A DNA stretch of 60,316 bases, taken from the IMG/VR virus record IMGVR_UViG_3300043438_001900, one strand, 5' to 3'. A model generated the notes under the pieces. The model saw nothing but the letters and a program-made list of their open reading frames with translations. It searched no databases and was not told the DNA's origin. Both the position numbers and the translations under genes were made by a program. Of this stretch, positions 50,447 to 59,164 are shown piece by piece; within the stretch, counting starts at the first letter, position 1; each line of letters opens with the position of its first letter. The stretch comes from an uncultured virus (IMG/VR IMGVR_UViG_3300043438_001900). Its lineage: Duplodnaviria; Heunggongvirae; Uroviricota; Caudoviricetes.

Positions 50447-50995
50447 ATGGGATTAGATATGTATCTCTCGAAAAAGACCTATGTTAAAAATTGGTCTCAT
50501 CAAACTCCTGAAGAAAAACATTCAGTTGAAGTTAAGAAAGGTGGTGTATTACGCACAGACATCAAACCTGAAAGAATAAGTTATATTACTGAAGAAGTAA
50601 TGTATTGGAGAAAGTCAAACCAAATTCACGGATGGTTCTGTAACAACACGGAAGAATTGGTGGACAATGTAAGGTACGATGTATCGAGAGACCATCTTGA
50701 ACAACTACTCTCTGATTGTAAGAAGGTTTTGGAAATCTTAAACACTTCAACTAAATCAATAACTCAAGTTGCTGGTGGTTGGAAAGATGGTAAGGAATAT
50801 ATGGTTGATGTCGAAGTGTATGACAATGTGGATGAGGTGATGGAAATTCTACCACCAACACAGGGGTTCTTCTTTGGTTCAGATACTATCGATGATTGGT
50901 ATAAGCAGGACATCGAAAACACTATCAATGTTCTTACCGAAGAACTAACAGGTATAGAGGCGTATTCGGATTACTCATACTACGCATCTTGGTAA
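50447..50995 (+). CDS. conserved phage protein (MGLDMY family)
   Basis: MGLDMYL, YWRK.NQIHGWF, LP...GFFFG, Y.ASW. Confidence 0.8.
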   Translation: MGLDMYLSKKTYVKNWSHQTPEEKHSVEVKKGGVLRTDIKPERISYITEEVMYWRKSNQIHGWFCNNTEELVDNVRYDVSRDHLEQLLSDCKKVLEILNTSTKSITQVAGGWKDGKEYMVDVEVYDNVDEVMEILPPTQGFFFGSDTIDDWYKQDIENTINVLTEELTGIEAYSDYSYYASW

Positions 50996-51073
50996 ATTAA
51001 AAATAATGGGAATACCATTAGGAATAATGGTATTCTCTTTATATCTTTGTATCACATATAAAAAATAGAAATC

Positions 51074-51715
51074 ATGCCAAACTGGTGTAATAACTTCATA
51101 GAAATTCAAGGGGATAAGAAAACTATCCAAAAATTAAGTCGAATCATTGAGAGTTCAAAGATTCCGGGCGATGATAATCGTGGTGTGTTCTCCGCATTGA
51201 TTGGGATTAAACCATCTGTTACAGCGGAAGATTATGATAAAGGTGAGTGGTATGACGCAAACACATCTTGGTTTGGAACTAAATGGGACATCTCATATGA
51301 TGAATGTAATTACACATTTGATGATGAGTCCATTTCATTTAGTTGTGAAACGGCGTGGTCGCCCCCAATTTCATTCCTTGCCACTTTATGTAAGATGTAT
51401 GGGGTATCAGGTGTTATTACATATGAGGAGGGTGGTTGTGACTTTGCGGGTAAGACCACAATCAATGAAGAAGGTGATATATTGGAGGAAGAAGATTACA
51501 CATACAATGAAGGATTATATTTTCTTAATAATGAATGTTTTTGGATGGAGTTGGAAAGTAACATTGAATACCACGCAGACGAGAATACTTCACCAGATGA
51601 TTTCGTTTCCAATTACGATTATGTAACGGACGAAGACAAAGTAGAAATAAAGAAACTTTACGAGGAGTATCTCGTAGATAACGATATCACAATAGAGAAA
51701 GAAGAAAATGCATAG
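51074..51715 (+). CDS. DUF1281/YubB-like ferredoxin-fold protein
   Basis: MPNWC.N, WY......GTKWD, TAWSPP, YEE.G..F.G. Confidence 0.75.
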   Translation: MPNWCNNFIEIQGDKKTIQKLSRIIESSKIPGDDNRGVFSALIGIKPSVTAEDYDKGEWYDANTSWFGTKWDISYDECNYTFDDESISFSCETAWSPPISFLATLCKMYGVSGVITYEEGGCDFAGKTTINEEGDILEEEDYTYNEGLYFLNNECFWMELESNIEYHADENTSPDDFVSNYDYVTDEDKVEIKKLYEEYLVDNDITIEKEENA

Positions 51716-51953
51716 TACACAACATAGGTCAGTAGTAGAACCCCCCGAGAGGGTTTCGTTTGAAGAATGGTTTGAGGAGTTTAATGTTTCACGACTCCAC
51801 AGAGCAAAAAGTATGGAACAACGAGTTCTATTAGATGAAACAGCAGCGTTCGCTGAAGAATATGAGAAAAAAACAGACGGGACAGCAGCAACCGAGAATT
51901 TGCTTGGCAAACTTTTAAAATTTAAAAACAGAATACATGGGACGAGTAAATAA
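51708..51953 (+). CDS. small hypothetical protein
   Basis: P.ERVSFEEW motif. Confidence 0.55.
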   Translation: MHSTQHRSVVEPPERVSFEEWFEEFNVSRLHRAKSMEQRVLLDETAAFAEEYEKKTDGTAATENLLGKLLKFKNRIHGTSK

Positions 51954-52425
51954 GACAATTGAGGGGGTTTTCACAAACATCGTAGGTACCTCAAGTGAAA
52001 TCAGTACTTACAATCAATTCATTAATCAAGGTGAGGATTTAAATATTTCTAAGGAACTACAGGACCTCACTGACACATATGTGAAGTTAGTTAACGAAAG
52101 TAAGAACACATTCGAACAGTTGGCATCTTTGGAGGAGATTATCATGCAAATGAGAATCAAGGAGAACTTAGATGATATCAAATTATCATTGGTTCGTGAA
52201 TACATCTACGCAAGGACTCCATTCTATCGCAAGGATAAGAAGGCCAAGGATGTTAGGGTCATAGTGAACAAAGTGGAGTTTCATCCTGAGGTGGACAGTG
52301 AAGGAATCGAGATTTTGTTTGGCAATGAGGAATTCATGGCAAGAGCAAAAGAGAAGTTGGTTCAGTCAATGGACAGTGAGATAAAGGAGAACATCCGATT
52401 ACTAAAACAAATGTTGAACAATTAA
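51937..52425 (+). CDS. hypothetical protein
   Basis: Coupled ORF in operon. Confidence 0.65.
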   Translation: MGRVNKTIEGVFTNIVGTSSEISTYNQFINQGEDLNISKELQDLTDTYVKLVNESKNTFEQLASLEEIIMQMRIKENLDDIKLSLVREYIYARTPFYRKDKKAKDVRVIVNKVEFHPEVDSEGIEILFGNEEFMARAKEKLVQSMDSEIKENIRLLKQMLNN

Positions 52426-52686
52426 ATTTGGAGTCATGGACGAAAGAGCACAATTCATTAGAATCGCAATGGCAAGATTAAACTCTGTGTACATTTTTAA
52501 ACCACAGAGGTTGGCGGTTGCGGCAAAGATGTACCGAAAGTACTTGGAACGGAAAGAACAGAGAAACGACTAACCGTCCTCAGGATGGTGACAGGTGGTC
52601 GATTTTGTTTGGCAGAAAAAAATATCATAAAAGATTTGGAATATTCTAGAATTAATATTAACTTCGTACTTTAAAACCAAAATATT

Positions 52687-53004
52687 ATGTCATATAAACA
52701 ACAAGTACAGGATTTACAGAATGATATTATAAAAAATATCAAACGATTCGTGGGTGAACTCGGTCAAGATGAATTACATTTTAACGAGATGTTTAGAGTT
52801 TGGGTAACGATATCAACTTGGGACGATGATTATGTTCGTGTGTCATACGCGGCAGTCGGGTTACGGGGTGAGTTTGTTATCTGCACCAGTGAGGTTGAGG
52901 AAGAAGAAATTCAATTAGGGGAACTCGACATATATGAGTTGTCATACATTTTAGATTTACTAATATCAAATCAATTTAAAACCGATAACAATGGACAAGA
53001 TTAA
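52687..53004 (+). CDS. hypothetical protein
   Basis: TTTGG..TAACTTCG promoter upstream. Confidence 0.65.
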   Translation: MSYKQQVQDLQNDIIKNIKRFVGELGQDELHFNEMFRVWVTISTWDDDYVRVSYAAVGLRGEFVICTSEVEEEEIQLGELDIYELSYILDLLISNQFKTDNNGQD

Positions 53005-53572
53005 ATTAAACAGTAAGGTCGTTGTATCCGACCCTTGTTACACAATTCCAACTTGGTGTCAGGCCATAGTTGATGGTGTATTACCTGGCAACTATAATGT
53101 GTTCTGTAAAAGACACGACTTAGGTGACTGGGGAGTTCGTAACTCAATGTTACTTATAGTACACGAGGACCACACAAACGACACTCTTGAGTGGGAATCA
53201 CATCCCGCAACAATTGGTGTTGACTCTGGTCAGTGTGGATTCTTCTCAAGTGAATCATATCGTAATGACTCTCACCCAATTGAAAAGGGTGGGGCTGACT
53301 TCTCTTGTTCTCGAGGTGAAGAAGGTGATGAGTTCTATGACAAGATGGGACAGAGAACTTTGACCACAGAGTCATATGGTGTGTATGACGAGGGTGCGGT
53401 GTGTTCATCAGGTATAGGAGATGGTTCATATATGTTGTTTACGGCAGAGGATGATTTTGGTAATGTAATAGGAATGGCGGTGGACTTCTTAATTGAGGGT
53501 CCTGAAGACGAGGAGGATGATACAAACAACTTCATCGATTTCGAATTCTATAAAGAAGAACTTGTAAAATGA
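52991..53572 (+). CDS. DUF4241-like protein
   Basis: VSDPCY, PG.Y, GVDSGQ.G, SSG.GDG.Y. Confidence 0.7.
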   Translation: MDKIKLNSKVVVSDPCYTIPTWCQAIVDGVLPGNYNVFCKRHDLGDWGVRNSMLLIVHEDHTNDTLEWESHPATIGVDSGQCGFFSSESYRNDSHPIEKGGADFSCSRGEEGDEFYDKMGQRTLTTESYGVYDEGAVCSSGIGDGSYMLFTAEDDFGNVIGMAVDFLIEGPEDEEDDTNNFIDFEFYKEELVK

Positions 53573-53633
53573 TAGTAATAGGAATCATCATCGTTATCGT
53601 ACTTTTGTCGATACTAAAAGAAATAAAGAAGAA

Positions 53634-53900
53634 ATGAAAAAGTTATTCATAGTGATGGGATTGGCAATCGGTGGTTGCCAATCACCACAAACCTTAATCA
53701 TGAAGTCGGACTTCACCGCAGTAAATCAGGACTCCACTAAGTTGTGGATTAAGGATACTGAATTTGGTAAACATCTGTACAACGCATGGAAGACAGGAGT
53801 TTATGGGGACGACACGAAAGTATACCTGTTGGACAGCACAGAATTCAACAATTTGGTTGGCACAAAATCAAAGTCCAAGAATCCGACGGTGAGTCTGTAG
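53634..53900 (+). CDS. small lipoprotein
   Basis: MKKLFIVMGLAIGG-C. Confidence 0.6.
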   Translation: MKKLFIVMGLAIGGCQSPQTLIMKSDFTAVNQDSTKLWIKDTEFGKHLYNAWKTGVYGDDTKVYLLDSTEFNNLVGTKSKSKNPTVSL

Positions 53901-53947
53901 ACCCCCCGATTTTGTTTGGCAAGAAATATTAATTTAAATAAATCCAT

Positions 53948-54385
53948 ATGGAACCGAATTTAATTATCAAACCATCCCAATGGTTAAACCTTGGGTGGTA
54001 CGCATTAACAGTGGGAGGATTATACATCCATGAGTACTTGGGGTTATTCTTCTTAGTAATCCTGATTTATAAAATCTTGGACATCTACTGTTGGAGTTAC
54101 AGGTTCTACGACGATATCATTGTGGAGAAGAGAGGAATCCTGAATGTGACCCAAGAAGAGGTTCATTACTTCAGAATCAAATCCATGATGGTGGAGGAAC
54201 CATTCTTCCAACGTTTATTGGAACTGTCGACCATCAACATGTCTACATCTGAACATCTCAAACAGAACTTCGTTCTACATGGTATTTTAAAGGCAGAGGA
54301 AACTAAAGAATACCTTGCGAAGATGACCAAGACTAAGAGACGTAGTAATGGAATCCGCGAGATGGATATCATCAACGGGTACTAA
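53948..54385 (+). CDS. membrane protein with bacterial PH (bPH_2) domain
   Basis: Two TM helices then Y.......RGIL.......RI.......F.QR. Confidence 0.75.
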   Translation: MEPNLIIKPSQWLNLGWYALTVGGLYIHEYLGLFFLVILIYKILDIYCWSYRFYDDIIVEKRGILNVTQEEVHYFRIKSMMVEEPFFQRLLELSTINMSTSEHLKQNFVLHGILKAEETKEYLAKMTKTKRRSNGIREMDIINGY

Positions 54386-54602
54386 CCCTGATGGACCTGA
54401 AGACAGGTGACGATTTTGTTTGGCAGGGATTACCGTCCGACGGGACCTGAGATGGTCGATTTTGTTTGGCAAGGGTTAACCTTCCTCAGGACGACCCCGG
54501 AATCAGGATTTTGTTTGGCAATAGTTTTTTGAAATATTTTGTAACGGGATTTGGAAATGTCAGATTTATTGGTTATATTTTATATATAAAACTGATAATA
54601 TT

Positions 54603-54788
54603 ATGGCAAACAAAAAAATCACTCAGAGACAACCAGGTAAGGTAACTGCATACGAACCTGTGTCGCATCACATCTACCACGATGGTTATTCATATCGTGT
54701 ACGTGTGATTAAGAACGGTACCCGTTACAGTCAGAATTTCTCTAGTAGAAAGAAGGCAATGGATTTCCGCAAGTCATTGTTATCTTAA
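54603..54788 (+). CDS. small AP2-like DNA-binding protein
   Basis: IY....YRVRV..NG.R.S..F.S...A..FR. Confidence 0.6.
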   Translation: MANKKITQRQPGKVTAYEPVSHHIYHDGYSYRVRVIKNGTRYSQNFSSRKKAMDFRKSLLS

Positions 54789-54989
54789 TAGGATAACTTT
54801 ACGTGGGTTCTCCATTCCACAATGGGGGACCACTAGACCCGTGGTAACCCCACGGGTTTTTTTCGTTACCACAGAAACCTGACTCAGGATGGTATCCTGG
54901 ATTTTGTTTGGCAAGGACACCCGTGTTGTAACATCTAACACTGTCGATTTTGTTTGGCAAGGATGTGTATGACAGAACTATTTATATGT

Positions 54990-55730
54990 ATGACACAGAA
55001 ACTAATAAACCTACTGAATGAGGACGATACTCAAAAGGTAGAACAAATGATACAAGACTTCGAGGGGTACAACCAAAATGGTATCGAGGTGGTTATGGTG
55101 AAGAAAGGTGATAGTGGTGGGGCCATAATGATGATACGGATAACATCCCCAACAATAACAGATGATATAGTAAACGAAAAGTTAGAGGTCATCTCAAAGG
55201 ACTTACAGTCCAAAGGGTATGGTGACCTAATTTTACTTTTCGTAGTTAGTGCCGTATACTATACACCTGAAGGTGTGGATTTAAAAATCGATGTGATGAA
55301 CTATCAACCACACCAAATCAAAAATAACCTGAGATATGAGTACCCTTCAATTCAGGATATACTAATGGGTAATGTGGACTTTACTATACAATCCAATGTA
55401 ATACCTACGGTTAATCAGGACACCGCAGAGTGGATTCGTATTAAGAAGAAGAGATGTATGACAGTATATCAGGTACTCCAAAAAGGTTCAGTTAATGGTG
55501 TGTCATACACACTAGGTCCCATCCATGGGATGAGTGAGGTGGAACCTACGGTTACTCCGAACTATAAAAAGACCTTACAGAGGGACACCATTAATCAACT
55601 TCTGTTATCCGTCGAATTAAACGTCCGTATTACAGAGGTCTCCGACCTCAATAGAAAGGACGAAGTCTCATACGGTATCAAAGAGAAGTTCGAAAAGTTT
55701 GGTGTCAACGTGGAAGTCATGGTGAACTAA
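54990..55730 (+). CDS. hypothetical protein (late-type promoter)
   Basis: TATTTATA at 54979-54986; start moved to ATG 54990. Confidence 0.65.
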   Translation: MTQKLINLLNEDDTQKVEQMIQDFEGYNQNGIEVVMVKKGDSGGAIMMIRITSPTITDDIVNEKLEVISKDLQSKGYGDLILLFVVSAVYYTPEGVDLKIDVMNYQPHQIKNNLRYEYPSIQDILMGNVDFTIQSNVIPTVNQDTAEWIRIKKKRCMTVYQVLQKGSVNGVSYTLGPIHGMSEVEPTVTPNYKKTLQRDTINQLLLSVELNVRITEVSDLNRKDEVSYGIKEKFEKFGVNVEVMVN

Positions 55731-56017
55731 AACACATATACATATTTACATATATAGACCCTGTCATACGACGGGGTTTTTTATTTTAGGACCGATATAA
55801 CGATATCCATAGTATACATTTCCAGGAAATTTAAATTTATGTCCTTACTTCACACAAGGTACAATCCCAGGGTAAATGTCACTGAGTGGTAAAAAGTGGG
55901 GGAAAGTGGCATTGTAATACGCCCAGCCCAAAAACCGGTCATTTTGACCTGACAAAAGTAGGGGATTTTCGTTACGACAAAAAATGTCTGGATAGTAGGG
56001 TTAAAAACGGGGTTTTT

Positions 56018-56362
56018 TTAGGGGTTATTTTTAGAATCATAAACCAATGGTTCCTCACATACCGGACACTCATCCAGTACAATCATATTGTTCCTGCGGA
56101 ACGACCAACGTTCCACGGTAGGTAATTCATCTACTGTAAGAACCGTATAACCATCCATACATTTTACTTCACCATCTATATCATAGTACCTACCTTTATA
56201 CCTTGTTACTATATGGTTTTTTCTTTGAGAAATATATGGGGTACAATCTTTATACATCTTCTTTAGTAGGATATGAAACCTATAACATCCTCCTTCGGTA
56301 TAGATGTATCTTATGTACCCATCTGTATTTCTCAGTTCATCTATGAATGTTAGTATATTCAT
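56018..56362 (-). CDS. hypothetical protein
   Basis: GGCY.F...H.......YDI.G (possible Cys-His-Asp papain-like triad); C-terminal CPVC. Confidence 0.65.
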   Translation of the reverse strand: MNILTFIDELRNTDGYIRYIYTEGGCYRFHILLKKMYKDCTPYISQRKNHIVTRYKGRYYDIDGEVKCMDGYTVLTVDELPTVERWSFRRNNMIVLDECPVCEEPLVYDSKNNP

Positions 56363-56383
56363 TTTATACTTTATGGTATTATA

Positions 56384-56668
56384 CTATATGGTATTATTGG
56401 AATCAACTATCCTTCTATACAATTCATGTTGTAATCTATAAGTCTCTAATCTTTGTTGTTCTTCATTAATAGTTATGGTATTATTCTCAATTGGATTGTG
56501 TCTTCTTCTATATCGTTCATGACGTATTCTATAACTTTCTTCTTCTGCCTCTATACCATACCTTAACGTATCTCTTATTCTTCTTCTTACAGATTCTTCT
56601 AATTCATTGGGATATACTTCTATTATACTATTATCAATATATCCCCTGCCAAGTTTAAAATTGTTCAT
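56384..56668 (-). CDS. hypothetical protein
   Basis: MNNFKLGRGY N-terminus. Confidence 0.55.
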   Translation of the reverse strand: MNNFKLGRGYIDNSIIEVYPNELEESVRRRIRDTLRYGIEAEEESYRIRHERYRRRHNPIENNTITINEEQQRLETYRLQHELYRRIVDSNNTI

Positions 56669-56677
56669 ATATATGGT

Positions 56678-56962
56678 TTAAGACATAAGACTGTCTATTA
56701 TTTTATCCTGTAATTCAAATATACTATCCATGTTGATATTATCATAATTCAATTCCTCCATAACGTATTCTGCCCAAACAATATAGTGGGTAAACGTGAG
56801 ATTATCCTTTATTGATACAATATCCGTGGCAACCCTATTAAACCCCTCATATTTTATCTCAATACGGATTGTGGTTTCATCTATATGATATAGTATTATC
56901 GATAACCCATATTGGGATATGATTTTGGTATTATATCCCCTGCCAAGTTTAAAGTTGTTCAT
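56678..56962 (-). CDS. hypothetical protein
   Basis: Same MNNFKLGRGY N-terminus; start moved to 56962. Confidence 0.55.
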   Translation of the reverse strand: MNNFKLGRGYNTKIISQYGLSIILYHIDETTIRIEIKYEGFNRVATDIVSIKDNLTFTHYIVWAEYVMEELNYDNINMDSIFELQDKIIDSLMS

Positions 56963-57059
56963 ATATATGGATTTCTTCAATTTATAGGTTTTAACCCCCT
57001 CGATTTTATATCTACACCATAAACAACGTAGAGATACTTATATTATAAAAGTAATCACA

Positions 57060-57254
57060 GTTGTATATACCTTTCAAATTGTGATTATAAACAACTGCAG
57101 AACAAATATCAACCTGTGTAGAACAGTTGTATACACCAATAAAAAGTATTTAGTGAGTGGGTTATTACCCCGAGATTATCTCCTCCTGTTTATTCAGGGA
57201 ATCACTATGGGTTGTACAACCAACCCCATCACTTGTGGTGATGAAAATATCTTG
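57060..57254 (-). ncRNA. second scaffold copy fused to half repeat + 30-nt guide + degenerate repeat (natural sgRNA / omega-RNA-like)
   Basis: 57138-57250 aligns with 59015-59133; half repeat GGTGTATACAAC at 57126-57137; spacer 57096-57125; 36-nt degenerate repeat 57060-57095. Confidence 0.75.
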
Positions 57255-58592
57255 TTTTTTCTGTAGACCTTTTAATAGTCTACCTTTCTTACTCTTACCT
57301 TTTACTTCGTTACCTTCAGCGTAAGTTATATTATATGCCCCAACAATATCGGCATCCTTTAGTTTACCGTAATCGTCACACTCAATGTTAATACAGGTGA
57401 ATTTGGTTTTATCCTTATCCTTTCTATTCTCCTTATCCACATTCTTACAAGTTGGACATGTAATAGATGTATCTTTTGGATTCACCCACAGGATTTGAAT
57501 CCCCACCATCTTTGCTTTATATTCAATATCCGTTTGAAGTTGATAATATGCCCACGATTTTAAAAACAAATCTTTAGTGTTTGTGGTTATACCAGTTAAG
57601 TCCTCCATCTTAATAATACCCACATTGTATTGTTGGGCAATATCAATAACATCCCTACTGATATCGTGATTCATTAACACGGACCAATTGTGTTCCTTTT
57701 CCTTTAATCTTTCCATTCCCAACATCTTTCTTGTTCTTCCATGTCCACCCTTGGCAAACTTCATGGATTGTTGAAGTGCTCTTCGTATCTTATAGAACTT
57801 CATTCTCTCAGTTTGAATCTTTTCACCGATTGAAATCTGTGATGGTTGATGTTTCTCCCCGTCAATGTATATTGATACTGGTCTGTTTATACCCAAATCA
57901 ATTCCCATTACCTTATCAGGAATCATATCCTTTGATTTTGTATCAGGTACTGTACATGTTAATAATAAAATAAAATCTTCATCCTTAATTTGAATAGAAC
58001 TGGTGTTCATTTTGTATTCACCATTCAATATTCTATTGACAATTTTTTCATTACCACTTCTATCCCTTCCGTAATGTAATTTGAATTTAATTCCTTTGTG
58101 AATACTTCTCTCTGATGACGATAATGGTAAGTTAAAAACATAATCCTCCCCTTCTTTACTCACCACAGGTTCTTTATTTACCGTACCTTTAAATGGTATT
58201 GTTAATGATGTTTTTCTAAATGATGGTATTGACATCTTTCCTTGTAAAATATCATAAAAACTCTCATCAATAGTTTTATATATCTTTTGACAAAACGACG
58301 ATTTTATGTTCGATGATATGATGGTATTTTTCTTCATTAAGTTATAACCCATATTCTCCACCATCGCCCCGTATTTTTCCTTGAAAATCTCTTTTGATTT
58401 AACTTTAGTAATATTAGTTGAATTTTTTATCTCATCCAACTCGTACTGGTTACAAACAGTTAACCTAATAACTTCGTTTCCAATTTGAACCAAGTCAGAT
58501 GCAATTCTTTTTACGTAATTGTACGATGCAGTTCTGTCCTTGCTGGTTTCACCAACCGCAATCAATTTGATTTTTCTTGTGATTATTGACAT
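57165..58592 (-). CDS. cas12f: compact type V CRISPR effector (Cas12f/TnpB-like), RuvC triad intact
   Basis: RuvC-I MGIDLGI, RuvC-II IKMEDL, Zn finger CPTC...CINIEC, RuvC-III DADIVGAYNI; 475 aa; adjacent array and tracr-like RNA. Confidence 0.85.
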   Translation of the reverse strand: MSIITRKIKLIAVGETSKDRTASYNYVKRIASDLVQIGNEVIRLTVCNQYELDEIKNSTNITKVKSKEIFKEKYGAMVENMGYNLMKKNTIISSNIKSSFCQKIYKTIDESFYDILQGKMSIPSFRKTSLTIPFKGTVNKEPVVSKEGEDYVFNLPLSSSERSIHKGIKFKLHYGRDRSGNEKIVNRILNGEYKMNTSSIQIKDEDFILLLTCTVPDTKSKDMIPDKVMGIDLGINRPVSIYIDGEKHQPSQISIGEKIQTERMKFYKIRRALQQSMKFAKGGHGRTRKMLGMERLKEKEHNWSVLMNHDISRDVIDIAQQYNVGIIKMEDLTGITTNTKDLFLKSWAYYQLQTDIEYKAKMVGIQILWVNPKDTSITCPTCKNVDKENRKDKDKTKFTCINIECDDYGKLKDADIVGAYNITYAEGNEVKGKSKKGRLLKGLQKKQDIFITTSDGVGCTTHSDSLNKQEEIISG

Positions 58593-58616
58593 ATCATGTT
58601 CTATTTTATGTTCATC

Positions 58617-58957
58617 GTTATATTAAAAACTTCAAGTAAGAGGTATTTACAACATAAATCCCATTAGTTCGTATGGGTTCGTAGTTGTATACACCTTTCA
58701 AATAAGAGGTATTTACAACGTACTTGATGACCTGCAACAGGTCCATCAGTTGTATACACCTTTCAAATAAGAGAAACCCAAAGTACATGTTGTATACACC
58801 TTTCAAATAAGAGGTATTTACAACGTTTTCTCTTTCCCATGAGGTGCATCACCTGTTGTATACACCTTTCAAATAAGAGGCATTTACAACTATTAACGGA
58901 TGTACCAAAAATTAACATATAGTTGTATACACCTTTCAAATAAGAGGCATTTACAAC
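58617..58957 (-). CRISPR. CRISPR array, 36-nt repeat GTTGTAAATACCTCTTATTTGAAAGGTGTATACAAC (transcribed strand), 6 repeats / 5 spacers
   Basis: Repeats 58922-58957, 58855-58890, 58789-58824, 58749-58773 (truncated), 58684-58719, 58617-58653 (degenerate); spacers 31, 30, 15, 29, 30 nt. Confidence 0.95.
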
Positions 58958-59011
58958 ATGGTTAACCCCATCTTATTATGAATCAACATATTGTGAATGA
59001 TTCCCTTATTA

Positions 59012-59160
59012 AAAAATAAAAGGTATTTAGTGAGTGAGAAGTTAATCTCCAGAAAAATTCCATCCTGTTTATTCAGGATTCACTATGGGCTGTACAACCA
59101 GCCCCACCAAAGTTTTACCTCTGATGAAAATATATTGAAGTTTCCAATATTTCAAAGAAC
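59012..59160 (-). ncRNA. tracrRNA
   Basis: Anti-repeat UAAAUACCUUU (59019-59029) pairs with repeat AAAGGUGUAUA; hairpin GGGCUG-GUUGUA-CAGCCC whose loop complements the repeat 3' end UACAAC. Confidence 0.8.
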
Positions 59161-59164
59161 AATA

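Larger units (their letters stand above)
36525..52670 (+). promoter_or_regulatory. series of about 20 Bacteroidota sigma70-type promoters (AAATAAATTTG[G]-N~19-TAnnTT[T/C]G)
   Basis: e.g. 37942-37980, 38443-38481, 39930-39968, 42603-42643, 45512-45550, 47193-47231, 49592-49629. Confidence 0.85.
36490..54960. repeat. dispersed WTTTGNTTGGCA motif, about 45 copies
   Basis: e.g. near 36940, 37855, 39003, 40438, 41103, 43630, 48118, 52603, 54413, 54459, 54508, 54901, 54947 (+); inverted near 36490, 37903, 38378, 39046, 39873, 40591, 41177, 42533, 45444, 47036. Confidence 0.9.

Noticed and set aside
36490..54960. TTGGCA repeats as a degenerate CRISPR array
   Set aside because: Short motif, irregular spacing, both orientations, genes interspersed
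363..55213. Numerous short ORFs antisense or nested to longer genes
   Set aside because: Shadow frames of well-supported genes
55784..55799. TTAGGACCGATATA, a second 23S H69-antisense-like string
   Set aside because: Lies beyond a terminator and lacks the second segment; noted only
57081..57266. + strand ORFs 57081-57266 and 58997-59206 with similar peptides
   Set aside because: Similarity comes from the duplicated RNA scaffold on the opposite strand
57165..58592. IS200/IS605 or IS607 transposon TnpB
   Set aside because: No tnpA or transposon ends seen; array and anti-repeat RNA present, so called a Cas12f-like effector
58618..58806. 62-aa ORF over the CRISPR array
   Set aside because: Translation of repeats (VVNTSYLK recurs); not a gene
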